In this document: positions 12,493-23,935 of the stretch, piece after piece | Layout of the letters: each line of letters opens with the position of its first letter | Position numbering within the stretch: position 1 is the stretch's first letter | Assembly (NCBI RefSeq): GCF_964204865.1 | Contig: NC_135257.1 | Coordinates: 13,950,001-14,014,000, forward strand | Length of the DNA: 64,000 nucleotides | Direction: 5' to 3' | Origin: Styela clava | Lineage: Eukaryota | Position numbers and translations under genes: made by a program | The notes under the pieces: model-generated | The model's database searches: none | Told to the model about the DNA's origin: nothing | What the model saw: only the letters and a program-made list of their open reading frames with translations

Positions 12493-15400
12493 CTGAATCA
12501 TAATAATGACGAAGATAAAAAAGGGGGAACAAACACCCAAAATAATGAATGAATTCAACTCATGAATACACTATAAATTGACTCAACTATATATACTGGT
12601 AAAAATCATTCAAATATAAGGACACTAAGGTCAAATGACGAATGCGTCCTCCGTAATGACAACCAAATGTTAAAAGAATCTTAACAAATGCTATATAAAG
12701 GTATACGCATTGTCAAATGTAGGGAATCTGGCATTAGTTGCAAAAAAAAACGATTTTTCATAACCTTGACAACAAAAATTCGATCGATCGATCGAGGAAC
12801 GATCCCTAGGTCCAAGAATAAGCTTGACCAACCGATTGATAACATTGAAATGCCTAATTACTCGGTAATACGTAATTACGGATATTACAAATCTTGTGGT
12901 CTAATACTCTAATATATATGTTTATAAATCTGCGTCAAAACATACATTATATTTGTAACATTAATATTGACGGTTTAGAGGAGGTAGTAGCATTTAGTGA
13001 CTTTTCCACAGTTCTTTCACAAACAGTTTTTAATGTACTTCTATAATCTTACCTCATACATTCCAGTATTAGGTGGACTGAGATATTGATTGCGTATTGC
13101 TGGACTCGACGTATTTCCAACTTGAGCCTTAAAAATGTTTTAAAAGTTATGAATATTGATATATGTTTGATTAAAGTAGCGCCCCTCCTGCGGCCCCTGT
13201 TACGCTCGATATGTGTGCAACAATGCACCGACTGCAAGGATACTCTAGTGAAGTCAAAACGGCTATATCGAGTGGCTAAAATGGAGAGTGACCGCCAAAA
13301 AAAAATGATCTGGGTTCTGTGTTTTTGGGTCACTCTATACCCTGCATTATATATTCACAAGCAGATACTGCTGATTTGAGAGAATCCTATGTCAGATAAA
13401 AAGGTACAGAATAAAATCTGTGAAAGTTTGATGCAAGATATCTGAACTACTTCATTTTGGATAACCGTCAGAAAATGTTTTTAAAACTATTAAATTCTAT
13501 TACGATTATTACTAATTAGGACACAATCACTTTCAGATACTTGAAAAGATTTGGCTTTTATTATTGTCTTTGCAACAACGACACATAAATAAACATACAT
13601 TACGATTTCGATATCGCTGACTTTTCTTTCTCTCCATGGCTTTAATTTGTGATGGTCTAATTCTGTGGATCTCATGATTTCCAATGTCATCATACTCGTT
13701 TTCATCACTAAATTCATCGTCTTCGTCAATCTCCTGAATTGTCTGATCTAATTGTTCCGCTGCGTGATGTTGAGCTAATACATGAGCAGGTATGTCTTCT
13801 GAAATATGAAATAACAAGCTGCAATATTGAGTACTTGCAAAATCTGTTTACGATAAAATCAATCATCGTCGATGACGTGAGTTTGGTGACACTATAAAAT
13901 ATTTAATTACGAGTTTTTTCGAGGACTAACATCTTTGCACAATCTCGTGATATCAAGATATCCTCCGCCATTTGAGTTCGAAAATTTTGAAGTGAATGGA
14001 AAACAGCTACAATAAAATTATGAGTTCTATTCCTACATACGTCCCGTAATAAAATTAATTTCTTGTAAATTCTTTTATTTTCTTACAAGAGAGTGATTTC
14101 ACGAATTTAGTATTTTTCGTCTTTTTTCTTATCTAAAATCGTTCTCAAATTGAAACGTTGAAACGTGTTTGACATGATCTTGCTTTAAATTAATAATAAT
14201 ATTTTGTAATGTTTAGCTATAGAAATAATATCGTGGACAATAAAACAATTGCATGACATGGAGCTAAAATTATACTTTACTTTACCATATGCCTGATTGT
14301 CCGCACCATCGTTCATATGTACATCATGATGTGCCTGGGCCATCCATTGTGGTACGCCAGTATCTCCGTTTGCTCTTGGTACCATATTTACTCTCGGAAA
14401 TTGTAGTGTTGATGTCTTCTTGTTCAATGTTTTTCGGAGTTTATTACCAATTGGGTCACCAAACGCACCAACTTGGTCACAAATCCACCCAATGAAAGCA
14501 GCTAACATTGCAAGAAACAGGACCCCGGTTATGGTTGATGCAAAAACTAAAATAAAACAAAATACATCTATCGATGGATAGTTAACGCCCAATGGAATGA
14601 TAAACCAATTTTTAGATTGCTGACAATTAATATGTGATATTCGTTTTGGGAAAGTTGATAAATTTAAAACCTGTTTTATTATTTTCATCGTCAATTATGG
14701 TTCTCAGAAATTTCTTTTATTAGACATCTGTATTCTCAATCAAGGATCAAGAAAACAGCCAAGGAATAAAAAGTTTTGGTAACTATATTTTTTGAAAAAC
14801 ATCTCTTTGATTAGATAGAGCCCAATATATGATCCATTGTGCGGTAATAGGAGTGGGTCCAAATTTATCAACAAGCGATACGTATCTGTAACATACCAAC
14901 ATGTATAAGACAAATTCAGTAACATGAAAAAAAAAATGAAAAATATTTTTAATAATAATTTGTTACATCAATTAACCAATGACACAGAGATCATAAACTG
15001 CAAATCATTAATAAACTTAAAAATACAATCCTTCAAAGTTAAATGAATTTTATTTTCGGATACAACAGTAATCGGTGTTGTCCAAAGATACTGAGAAGAC
15101 AGAATACTCACTGATCAAATCTTCTGTGTTTCCGATAATTGGCATTGGTATCATATTATCTGAAGGTTAAAATAAGGTATTTTCAAAAAAGTTCATCTTT
15201 CTATAGAGCTACTCACTAGATATGTGAACCAAATAGCATACTTGTGTATATATGTTCTTTCTAACAAATGAATATAGAAAAAGAAACTGATGAAATCAGC
15301 GCTTATTCGATTTATTCACGTGTTCTTATCATTATCTGTATATCTATTTTACCATAACTTAAGTAAGTAAGTATAAAACGTAAGTCTAAAAGTAAGTCTT

Positions 15401-16228
15401 CATGCAATATCCAAATATTCAAGCAATTTGCAATATAAAGAGTCGAATAATGCAACGTTGATCTTCATTGTGCCCTTGTTTTTCTATTTTTGCGTGTATT
15501 TTCAATGAAACATATTCCTAGAGATAGACTTTGAAGCAACTCGTATTCCATGTGAGTATTCAAATGCAGTTACTACAACATGAAAACAATAATAGATAAC
15601 GTTGATAATCAAATTGTTACCTGTTGTTGGAGCTGTGGAAGTTTCTATGCTTATTGTAGTGTCTGTGAAGTAGTTGGTAACTGTTGAAAAATTTTTTTTT
15701 TTTTTTTAAATTTCAAAATTACCCGATCTAATAATCAATATATGGACAAATCTAAATAGGATCTGGATATGATATAGATTTAAATTATTATTCATTTGAA
15801 TTGATCGAATGCTATGCCAGTATCCTATTTTTCTTGGAGTATATATAGGAAGTGTCTGATATAAGTGAGAAGGCTGTCGTGTCCTCTGTCGTTTAAAATA
15901 TTAAATTATCCTTCATGAAAGTAAAGTACTAGTTTCGTGTAGGTGATCACTATAGTATCTACATACGTATCTCTCTTGTAGATTTATGCATATTTTTACT
16001 TCATTCAAGCACAAAAAAACGAAAAGTATATATACAATTCCCCCTAAAATTAACTAAAAACTTGAATACCAGTACTAAAACTCTACCTTCCCCAAATTCA
16101 AATTAAACGAAAAAAAATGATTGACATTGGTAATTACCGTCTGTGTAATTTACAGTCCAAGTCGTTGTATTACCGATTGTTCCATTCCATGTTGATGCAA
16201 AGGATACGCTGGCAGTAGTTAAAGACAT
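12421..16228 (-). CDS. Uncharacterised single-pass (type III) membrane protein, 7 exons, 268 aa, transmembrane-adaptor-like
   Basis: Exons 16228-16138, 15680-15621, 15159-15112, 14546-14286, 13798-13599, 13127-13053 and 12492-12421. All introns are GT-AG with phases 1,1,1,1,0,0, joining to 807 nt. The N-terminus is Thr-rich with NGT/NTT/NYT sequons, the TM is IIFASTITGVLFLAMLAAFIGWIC, and the acidic tail is Tyr-motif-rich and ends PTIPPRD*. Confidence 0.82.
13053..13127 (-). CDS. Adaptor-like gene exon 6
   Basis: catttttaag|AQVGNTSSPAIRNQYLSPPNTGMYE|gtaaga; phase 0-0. Confidence 0.78.
13599..13798 (-). CDS. Adaptor-like gene exon 5 (acidic, YDDI)
   Basis: atatttcag|(E)DIPAHVLAQ...DEDDEFSDENEYDDIG...RYRNRN|gtatgt. 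Confidence 0.82.
14286..14546 (-). CDS. Adaptor-like gene exon 4 (TM helix and juxtamembrane)
   Basis: ttttatttttag-type acceptor|(I)FASTITGVLFLAMLAAFIGWICDQ...DNQAY+G|gtaaag; lies within ORF 14185-14694. Confidence 0.85.
15112..15159 (-). CDS. Adaptor-like gene exon 3 (48 nt)
   Basis: ttaaccttcag|(D)NMIPMPIIGNTEDLI+A|gtgagt; symmetric phase 1. Confidence 0.75.
15621..15680 (-). CDS. Adaptor-like gene exon 2 (60 nt, Thr-rich)
   Basis: ttttcaacag|(V)TNYFTDTTISIETSTAPTT+G|gtaaca; symmetric phase 1. Confidence 0.75.
16138..16228 (-). CDS. Adaptor-like gene exon 1
   Basis: MSLTTASVSFASTWNGTIGNTTTWTVNYTD+G|gtaatt; in-frame TGA 15 nt upstream of the ATG. Confidence 0.72.
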
Positions 16229-19200
16229 ATTACTTCTTTTTCAGCTTTTATTTTCCTCAACATAAACCTTAATTCTGGATATAAATGTTCTGCTACTTTG
16301 GCGACGGACACTAAATGTATTCTTCGTTTTGTAACATCTGTTTCACTTTGAAAATTAAAAGTAATATACTATTGTATAAGTATGGGCAATATAAAATTGA
16401 GTCTATAATGACCGATTTATACGTGTACCATGCTTGGCAATTTGGCGTACTAGATACATTTATGGCGCACATAGATTCCAATAAACCTCAACAGGCAAAT
16501 ATTGACACAACTAACATGCAGGTCGAAGAACTTTGAAATTAAGCAGGTCGAGTAATCTCATTCAAAGCTTATAGATGTTTTCTTAACATGATAACAAATT
16601 GATTAAAATTAAATAAAAATAAAGCAATCGAAACCGTATTACGAATTGATCATTATAAAGAAAATGAGCTTGCTGAATATCCAAAGATTAAGTACTGTGT
16701 AACAAACCAGAATTTTTCAATATTCGTGTATCAGATACATTGTCTTTGAAACATTTCTTATGCCCATACAAGATTTTAAATAAAGCATAATATGCCGTGA
16801 GAAAAGAAGTCAGTTAAAATTGGGCTTGAACGAAATATACTCATATACAAAGTAGGGTCCAACCACCTCAGTTTTTCGAACACAACATGGTGTAATATGC
16901 AGGGGATATTATCTATCTTACTAGTAAACGGCTCATTCTGGATCCAGTGTGTTGCAACAGCATCGAAATGGAAACAAAAAAAAATAAAGAAAGTCCTTAG
17001 TATGCCTTACGAAATAAAATATTAGGAAAGTTTAAAACTAATACGCAGATTATTTTTCAACACAATACGGCAGCTTTGCACTACAGCATAATGTACATAT
17101 AGGATTGATTTTGAGAACAATTCCTTTGGGGGTTGTATATACAAATTTAAACGAATCTTAGACGGTTCACAAAGCATTTTCAATTATTACCTGATCGAAT
17201 TGATTCGCATTAAAATTTACTTAACTACTGCGACACCGCCACGAACTATCACAGGATGCAATTAGTATTCTATTAAGTTCGATCACAAGATGTCGCTACT
17301 GAGCTACAATTAGAACACTCTGATTAATATTATTACTACAGCAGGGACGATTTATCAACATACAATAGACGTATGTTTTGTTTTACAAGATTGTTGTTGT
17401 TGGGGGAGTTGCTCATGTTGTTGTTGAACTACAAAACATTTTTGCGGGATAGACTCATGATAAAGTGTATCACTTCAACTAACTGTTCCAGCAAATATAT
17501 GAATTTTACATTATGATGAACATATTTTTAGTTAAAAGGACTGCCCAAATTTTTGCAACAATCATCTTTTTTCCATAAAAATTGGTTATGAAGATACGGA
17601 GATCTCTACGAAGCCAGAAGCCAGCTCAAAAATGCCCATGCAGCAGTAAAAGTCGACCAGTAGCACAGAATAGAAACTGAGAAGTTTTGAGAGCTGGCGG
17701 ACACCGAAAACATCCTATTTCTCCCAGCCATATGTGGACAAGTTTTATTATTTTGTATCTACAATTTATCATAAAAACATGATTTATTCTTTAACTGATA
17801 CTAATTATCTTAATAAAATATTTTATTTAAATTCTACTTTTTCAGTAATACATGTTTTTGTATAAAACGGTCATAAACACGCAAAAAATACTGAAACATA
17901 CTTAAAATATAATATGGATTAATATTAATAATTGCTCATTTATATAGATTTAAATCGATATCACTGGTTGAACTCGATAGCATGTAGCCCAATCTACAAT
18001 GTCAACTAGTAAAACTTGGGAAAGTGATACAAAAGCAGGTTGCATAAGCATATGCAACAGTAAGGTTACAAAGATCTGGGTATCGATTTGTGCAACAAAG
18101 ACAAATTTGTGTCGAATTTGGCGTCGGATAAATTTTAAACGATTCCTAAAAGTGGAGATCCCTCAAAGTCAAAACATAATAATTTCTTATCTGTTTGATT
18201 AATTTTTAGTGTGCAAAATTGTTATATAAATCATCTGTTTGGAATGTATCCTTGATCTCCGTAATCGATTTTCTGCATATCAAATATATAAGCAAACTCA
18301 TCAAGTAGTTATTGATAAACAAATTGTAAGATTAAATTTTGTTTAGGTTTCGGAATCGGTTTGTTTATGTTTGATAATATTTATTTAATGGATAATTTAA
18401 ATTCCCGAGAATGTTGTTGTGATATCAGCAATCTCTGCATCAAACATATTTGCAATATCATGTCTTGAATCTTCAATTAAATCATATTATTTTTTCATAA
18501 TATATTACGTAAAATAGCACTTTGAAGTACTCAGTCATCTATTCTCAATTATATTTATCAGTTCTACTGAAAGCTCCACCTTTCTATTCTCCACGAAATT
18601 CTTGTGTTAAATCTTGTATCCTATACTTTTGCTTTTCTTAAATCAATAGTTATATATTTTAATTGGTTCCAATTTTTCGGCATAAAGTTTGTAATTTCTT
18701 CGTTTTATTATTTTGTCATAATTAAAAACATTTGAAAGCGCAGAAGCAACAAATGCATATTCATTTTTTTATTATTTAATTTTTTAATAAAATCGGTGAT
18801 CGCAATTGAGTATCAAATTTTAAACTAACTTTTTTTTTTCACGAGTTTATTTCAAGTTCATGTTTATTATTAAAAAATATTTACGTTAAATCTGGGCGAG
18901 CCAATTTGACAGAACTTTACTTGTTTCAATTTTATTTGTTTTGGTTATTGATTGTAAACAATAAATAAAAATTACATCATTCAAATAAATATATCGTAAA
19001 GATGTTTTCATTTATCTAAAGAGCAATCTTTGTAGTACATAGATAGTAAGTAGCCTGTTGGTTTATATTAGCCGTGTTGTGAACTTCAAAATATCTTGAA
19101 AATATTTTTGTTACATTCATGCATTTTGACATGATTGACAAATTGAAAAGAAAATCGGAAAAATCAATCTAAATTCCGTATTAGGTAACCATTTGCTTGA

Positions 19201-22200
19201 TAACAAAAACTTTCCATTAAGAGACAATTAAAAAAAAATGCATCAATGTTGCAATGAATGCAGATGTAAAAATGATTCAATGAATGATTATAATTATTAC
19301 AAATTAAATCACTGCTGTGTGTGTTTGGTTTTCGTGAATTGAACATCAACTGGGTATAAAACAATAGAGTAATATGATGGTAATTTTTTGATTGGGAGAC
19401 ACACATAAAACGACACCATGACAGAAACAGTATTTTTACTATTGTAACAAAGTAATCGTATTATATCGATAGTTCAAAATAGCTTATTTGTAGAATTATT
19501 CACAAAAACTGATAGTAGATTTTAATGCCGAAATAAAATCAGTTGAAATGAATTCGATTAAACGGACAAAAACTGATATAAAAGTATCACGTTATAATCT
19601 TTTAATTCTTTCCTCCGTCTTTATTGAACATTAATCGATGACTGTGATCTTAGAAATGAGAAACGAGGTGTAATATAATTTTGCAGGTTTATAGTCTAGT
19701 TTTTTTCTAAACCTTTTAGTGAATAATTACAACTTCAAAACGAAAATTTTATTATGCTTGATAGTTCTGATTATTGTATATCAAAAAAAAATTATTTTTA
19801 CTGGGGGTAATCTATTCTAGGCATTTTTGGATATTGCCAAATGTCCGATCAAATTTGTTTCAGGGTTTTAATACTTGATTGTCATTTGATTTGACATAAA
19901 GAATATCAAAATCACGGTTTAGTAAACATTTAATACGGATTAAGATGGTTATGCCCATCTAGCCGTATAAAAACGTCAAATAAAAAAAAGGTGATATAGT
20001 ATATGTAAAATAATGTAAAATTTAATGTTATATTAATAAATGTTTTTAGTAGGCAGAAAGACATACTAAATATAGATGGCATACTAATTAAAAATGCATG
20101 CTTCAAAAAAATTTTATTATCGGTTTGTCAAAACGCAAAAATATATCCGGGGATTAAAGAATTGACTTGTGAGGCGGTACATTTATTTCGTCTTTAATTC
20201 TGACATAAATCTGCCAGATTTTTTCATTTTACATTCAGTTTAAGCTACCATTCAACCATATAGTTTCTGTTGTACAATTATCAAATCGGCATAAAATACC
20301 CCAAAAAAGTGTTTCACACAATTGATACACGTTGTAAAGTCGAATGTACTCATTCAACTACATATCTGATTGCAACCACTGAGTTTGACAAAAATAATTT
20401 TTTTGTTTTCAAAATAACGTCTTGAATTAAAGAGCTAAGGTCAGATTAATGCCATTATGTAAAAACTTTCAGTCGTTTAATTGAAACAAACACCAGGTGG
20501 AGACAAAGTGTTGGTATCAATGTACATTTCAAGCGCGCCTTCGATAGTGAAACTTGTCCGGCCGCTCGGAAAAATATTTTCTTGAAAAGAATGCTTTTAA
20601 AACTTTTCTCTAACATTATCTGAATTGTATAATATTATGCTTTATCGATATTGACCAACATGCCAACTATATTTACCTATAATCAAATGGAAAAAAAGTT
20701 TTTATTTTTGTACAATAAACAACCAGATCATAGCCTAACTTTAAAATATTTTTCAATAAAATTATCTTATTTAATTGTATTAAAACTAGCCATTGTTATA
20801 ACATCTTAATAGTTTCACAGGAATTCATTCCGAATATTGAAAATGAATTAAAGTTCACTAAAAATCCCAATAAACATTAAACAAATTTGCACACAAAAGC
20901 AAATTCTGTGATCTGATTTGAAAATAAAGCTCATTTTGTGCAAATACAATTTAATTTATTCGAGCAAAACTTTTGGAAACCAATCAGAAAAAACATCAAG
21001 CATGTAAAATTCAAATTCCGTTTGACCAACAGCTTTATTGATGACCTCTTATTTATTCTTTACGACGATTTAACCCATCAACTAGACTTAGAACCATAAG
21101 CATCGGATTTCAAAGACTCTCAATCAAAGTAGACTCGAGTGAGTCGCAAATACTATTCATTGTTTTATTTTCGAAAACACAATGGAATGCAGAGGATTGC
21201 AACCGGGATTGAATTACAGTTTTGTGACGTTGTTGAATAAACTAGAATTGAAAGTCTAGATTGTTCATCTTTGTCATCAAAGATTTTTGCCATCGATTAA
21301 AGAATGATTCTGTGGGCTTGAATTTATCCGCGTTCAAAAACTTGAACAATTCTCTTCTAAACAAATTTTGCTTTAAAAAAACGAAGCATTTGTCGGTGTA
21401 GTTCCCGTTAATACACTCTACCGTACATGAGACATTGAAGATCTATGTTTTGACTTCTCGTGGTAAACTGATAATGAAGGGATGGATACATGTGTTCAAC
21501 TAAAATCACAGTTTAATTTGGGTTGTTTTATTTTGGATTCTTTATCAGTGTTCTACATGGAACTCTTGTCGTCGCCGCATTGTCGTATCGTCACTTGACC
21601 CCTGTGGCTTACTTCTGTACTATAACACTGTGGGAATTTTGCGTCCCATACTTTCACCCAAATAAGGGCAGATTAGGCGTCCATGATTGTGTTTCAAGTG
21701 TTTGTGTTGGCATGTCAACGTGGCGACAAATTCTGCACTTTTGATGAACCGTGAAATCCTAGGTTGCCAAGCCGATCGAAAAATATACCTAGCGACTTTC
21801 CGGCCGTCTGAGAATTGTAACAGTATATGGCACTAAAGGAAATGGGGTCTTTTGGTAGATCGTTATTACACTACAGAACTTTTTGATTACGTCGACGGAA
21901 ATTTTGTTCCATATTTTCTTTTATGCAGAACAACATTACAACAAAAATTTACAAGTTTCGTTTAAGCTAAATAGTTATCGAGTTATTTAATAAATATTCG
22001 GAGATTGAGAGTTAGGGTTTCAAAATGTCTAAAATTTGAATTTTTGATAATCATTAAATTGAACATTTCCTAGTAATTTAGTGTTCCATCATAGCCAACT
22101 GAATGTTGTCAATGACACAAATGTAACATTAGCACATTAGCAATATTGACGTATTAGAGCCGAAAAATAGTTATTTCATCACGTAGGTGCAATCTGAAGA

Positions 22201-23329
22201 TGACGTAATTGGCGCCATGATTTCACCAATACATAATTTGTTATGACATTTCGAAGGTTTTTAGTCCATTTTTTTTTTACATTTGTGACTGATTGGAAGT
22301 GGAATTTTAACATTGAACAACTGAAACAACCGTGAAATCGCGATGTGGAATTTTTGATGAAAAAGGGGGTAACAACATTTGGCCACCCACGCATTGTTAC
22401 AAATGAGATTAGGAAATGTACCGCATTTACATGTTGAAATATAATGGAGCATAGAATTAGAGGTAAAATAAATCATATTATCTTTTGGCTTTGTCGTCGG
22501 TATTGCAATGGATTTTCATTTTGAGACGTTCGCTCATATATTATGAGCATACTCAAAATATATGAGATTAGTATTCACTATACAAGTGAAGCCATCTTAT
22601 ATATAATAATTTGACTTCGCAAGGAAAAATATTAAGACCGAATCTTTGGGGCCATACTTCTCTTGTGTTAAGGAAATTACCAAATATCTTAAAACGATGG
22701 TTAATATTTTCGTGAAATCTTGTATAAAATATAAAAATAAACCAGCGAATTAGATTATATTTTAAACTTCTTTTTGGATTTGAATTCACGCAATGGTAAA
22801 TTTCTATGTTAATTTTCGTGATACTAGCGCGTATATGATAACTTAAGGCTTATTTGAAATAATTTTGAATAAGCATGATAGATTAATCATAACAAAACAA
22901 CCCAATTAGAATGTTTGACAATTCACTGAAAAAGTTTGAGGTGGCAGTCCTGCATCTTTTGAGCTATAAGAATTCTTCTTTAATTTTGGAGCAGTTAGAT
23001 CACCCATAAGCACCGTGAAAAACTGCCAATCGAGACTGGATTAAAAGCAAAATTTTTCTTTGAAATTTATCAATTATGAGTCTCGATATAGTCATATCAT
23101 TCCGATTTTTTACAGCGTACTGAACTCAATTCGACTGGCACGTGGCGATAATTTTGTCATAATGAGCAATGTTTAGTTGACATTTCAAACGATATAGCGG
23201 GGGTGTTTTTTCTGTAATTACTTTCGTTCTTAGTTGTTTTTACACTCAGTGGAATGTGGGTAATCCTTACCCACTAATATCGGGGCGACAACATTTTCGA
23301 ATAAAGCGACTGAGGTAATTCCTGAAAAT

Positions 23330-23935
23330 ATCCCTAAAATAACACGCGAATCATACGACAGCACGAAAAACGGATTTGCTTCAGGATTGTCGAAGCCGTG
23401 ACCATACCGGTGACGGATCGTGGTATTAAAGTGCTTTGCAGAGAGGACGAAAGACAGTAAGGCCACTTAATTATTGTTGGTTTTTCTTCCCCTTGATTAC
23501 GTTTCGAGGCCCCATTATCTGTCCGGATTAGACGCGTCAACCCGACAAAATTCGAAACTGTCTTTTTTACGATGGCCCTTGCATTATCATATCTCGATCA
23601 ATAATTTCGTTGGTTTATGCATAATGAAGTATAGTACAGCAACGGGCCACCTCACTTAGATTTCGGATTATCCTCGGTCTAAGTTTGATGAACTCATTAG
23701 TTTGGGATAACTATATTTTATCTGAAAAAGTGAAACTGGGGCCCCCCTTGCCTGCAAAGTAATTTTTCAGTCGGATTTATAGTTGTAATAACTTACGAGA
23801 GCACATCCATCCTATTTAGGGGAGACGTTTGTGGCATAAGATAAAAGACATCTAGATCACGAAGCGTGGCGTGGCATATGATTAATGCTTGTTTATGGCT
23901 CTACCCAAGCTCAACTATCAACAATGTGATGGTGA
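23330..23935 (-). promoter_or_regulatory. Duplicated non-coding element, copy 1 (putative enhancer/CNE)
   Basis: Its reverse complement matches 56609-56647 at 35/39, 56651-56667 at 16/17 and 56784-56805 at 22/22, collinearly, with a longer spacer in this copy. The regulatory role is inferred. Confidence 0.55.

Noticed and set aside
14547-14694. N-terminal part of the 169-aa ORF 14185-14694
   Set aside because: It is intronic read-through upstream of the acceptor at 14547; the ORF tail below 14286 is also intron.
23230-23540. ORFs 23230-23466 and 23334-23540 as a coding exon (a gtaagg donor is present)
   Set aside because: No recognisable domain. They overlap the duplicated non-coding element, whose other copies do not preserve the frame (indels, stops).
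23510-23552. The exact 22-nt shared block as a mature microRNA
   Set aside because: Copy 1 can fold a hairpin, but with almost no loop, and the pairing arm is not conserved in copy 3. It matches no miRNA family I recognise. Small-RNA data would be needed to exclude it fully.
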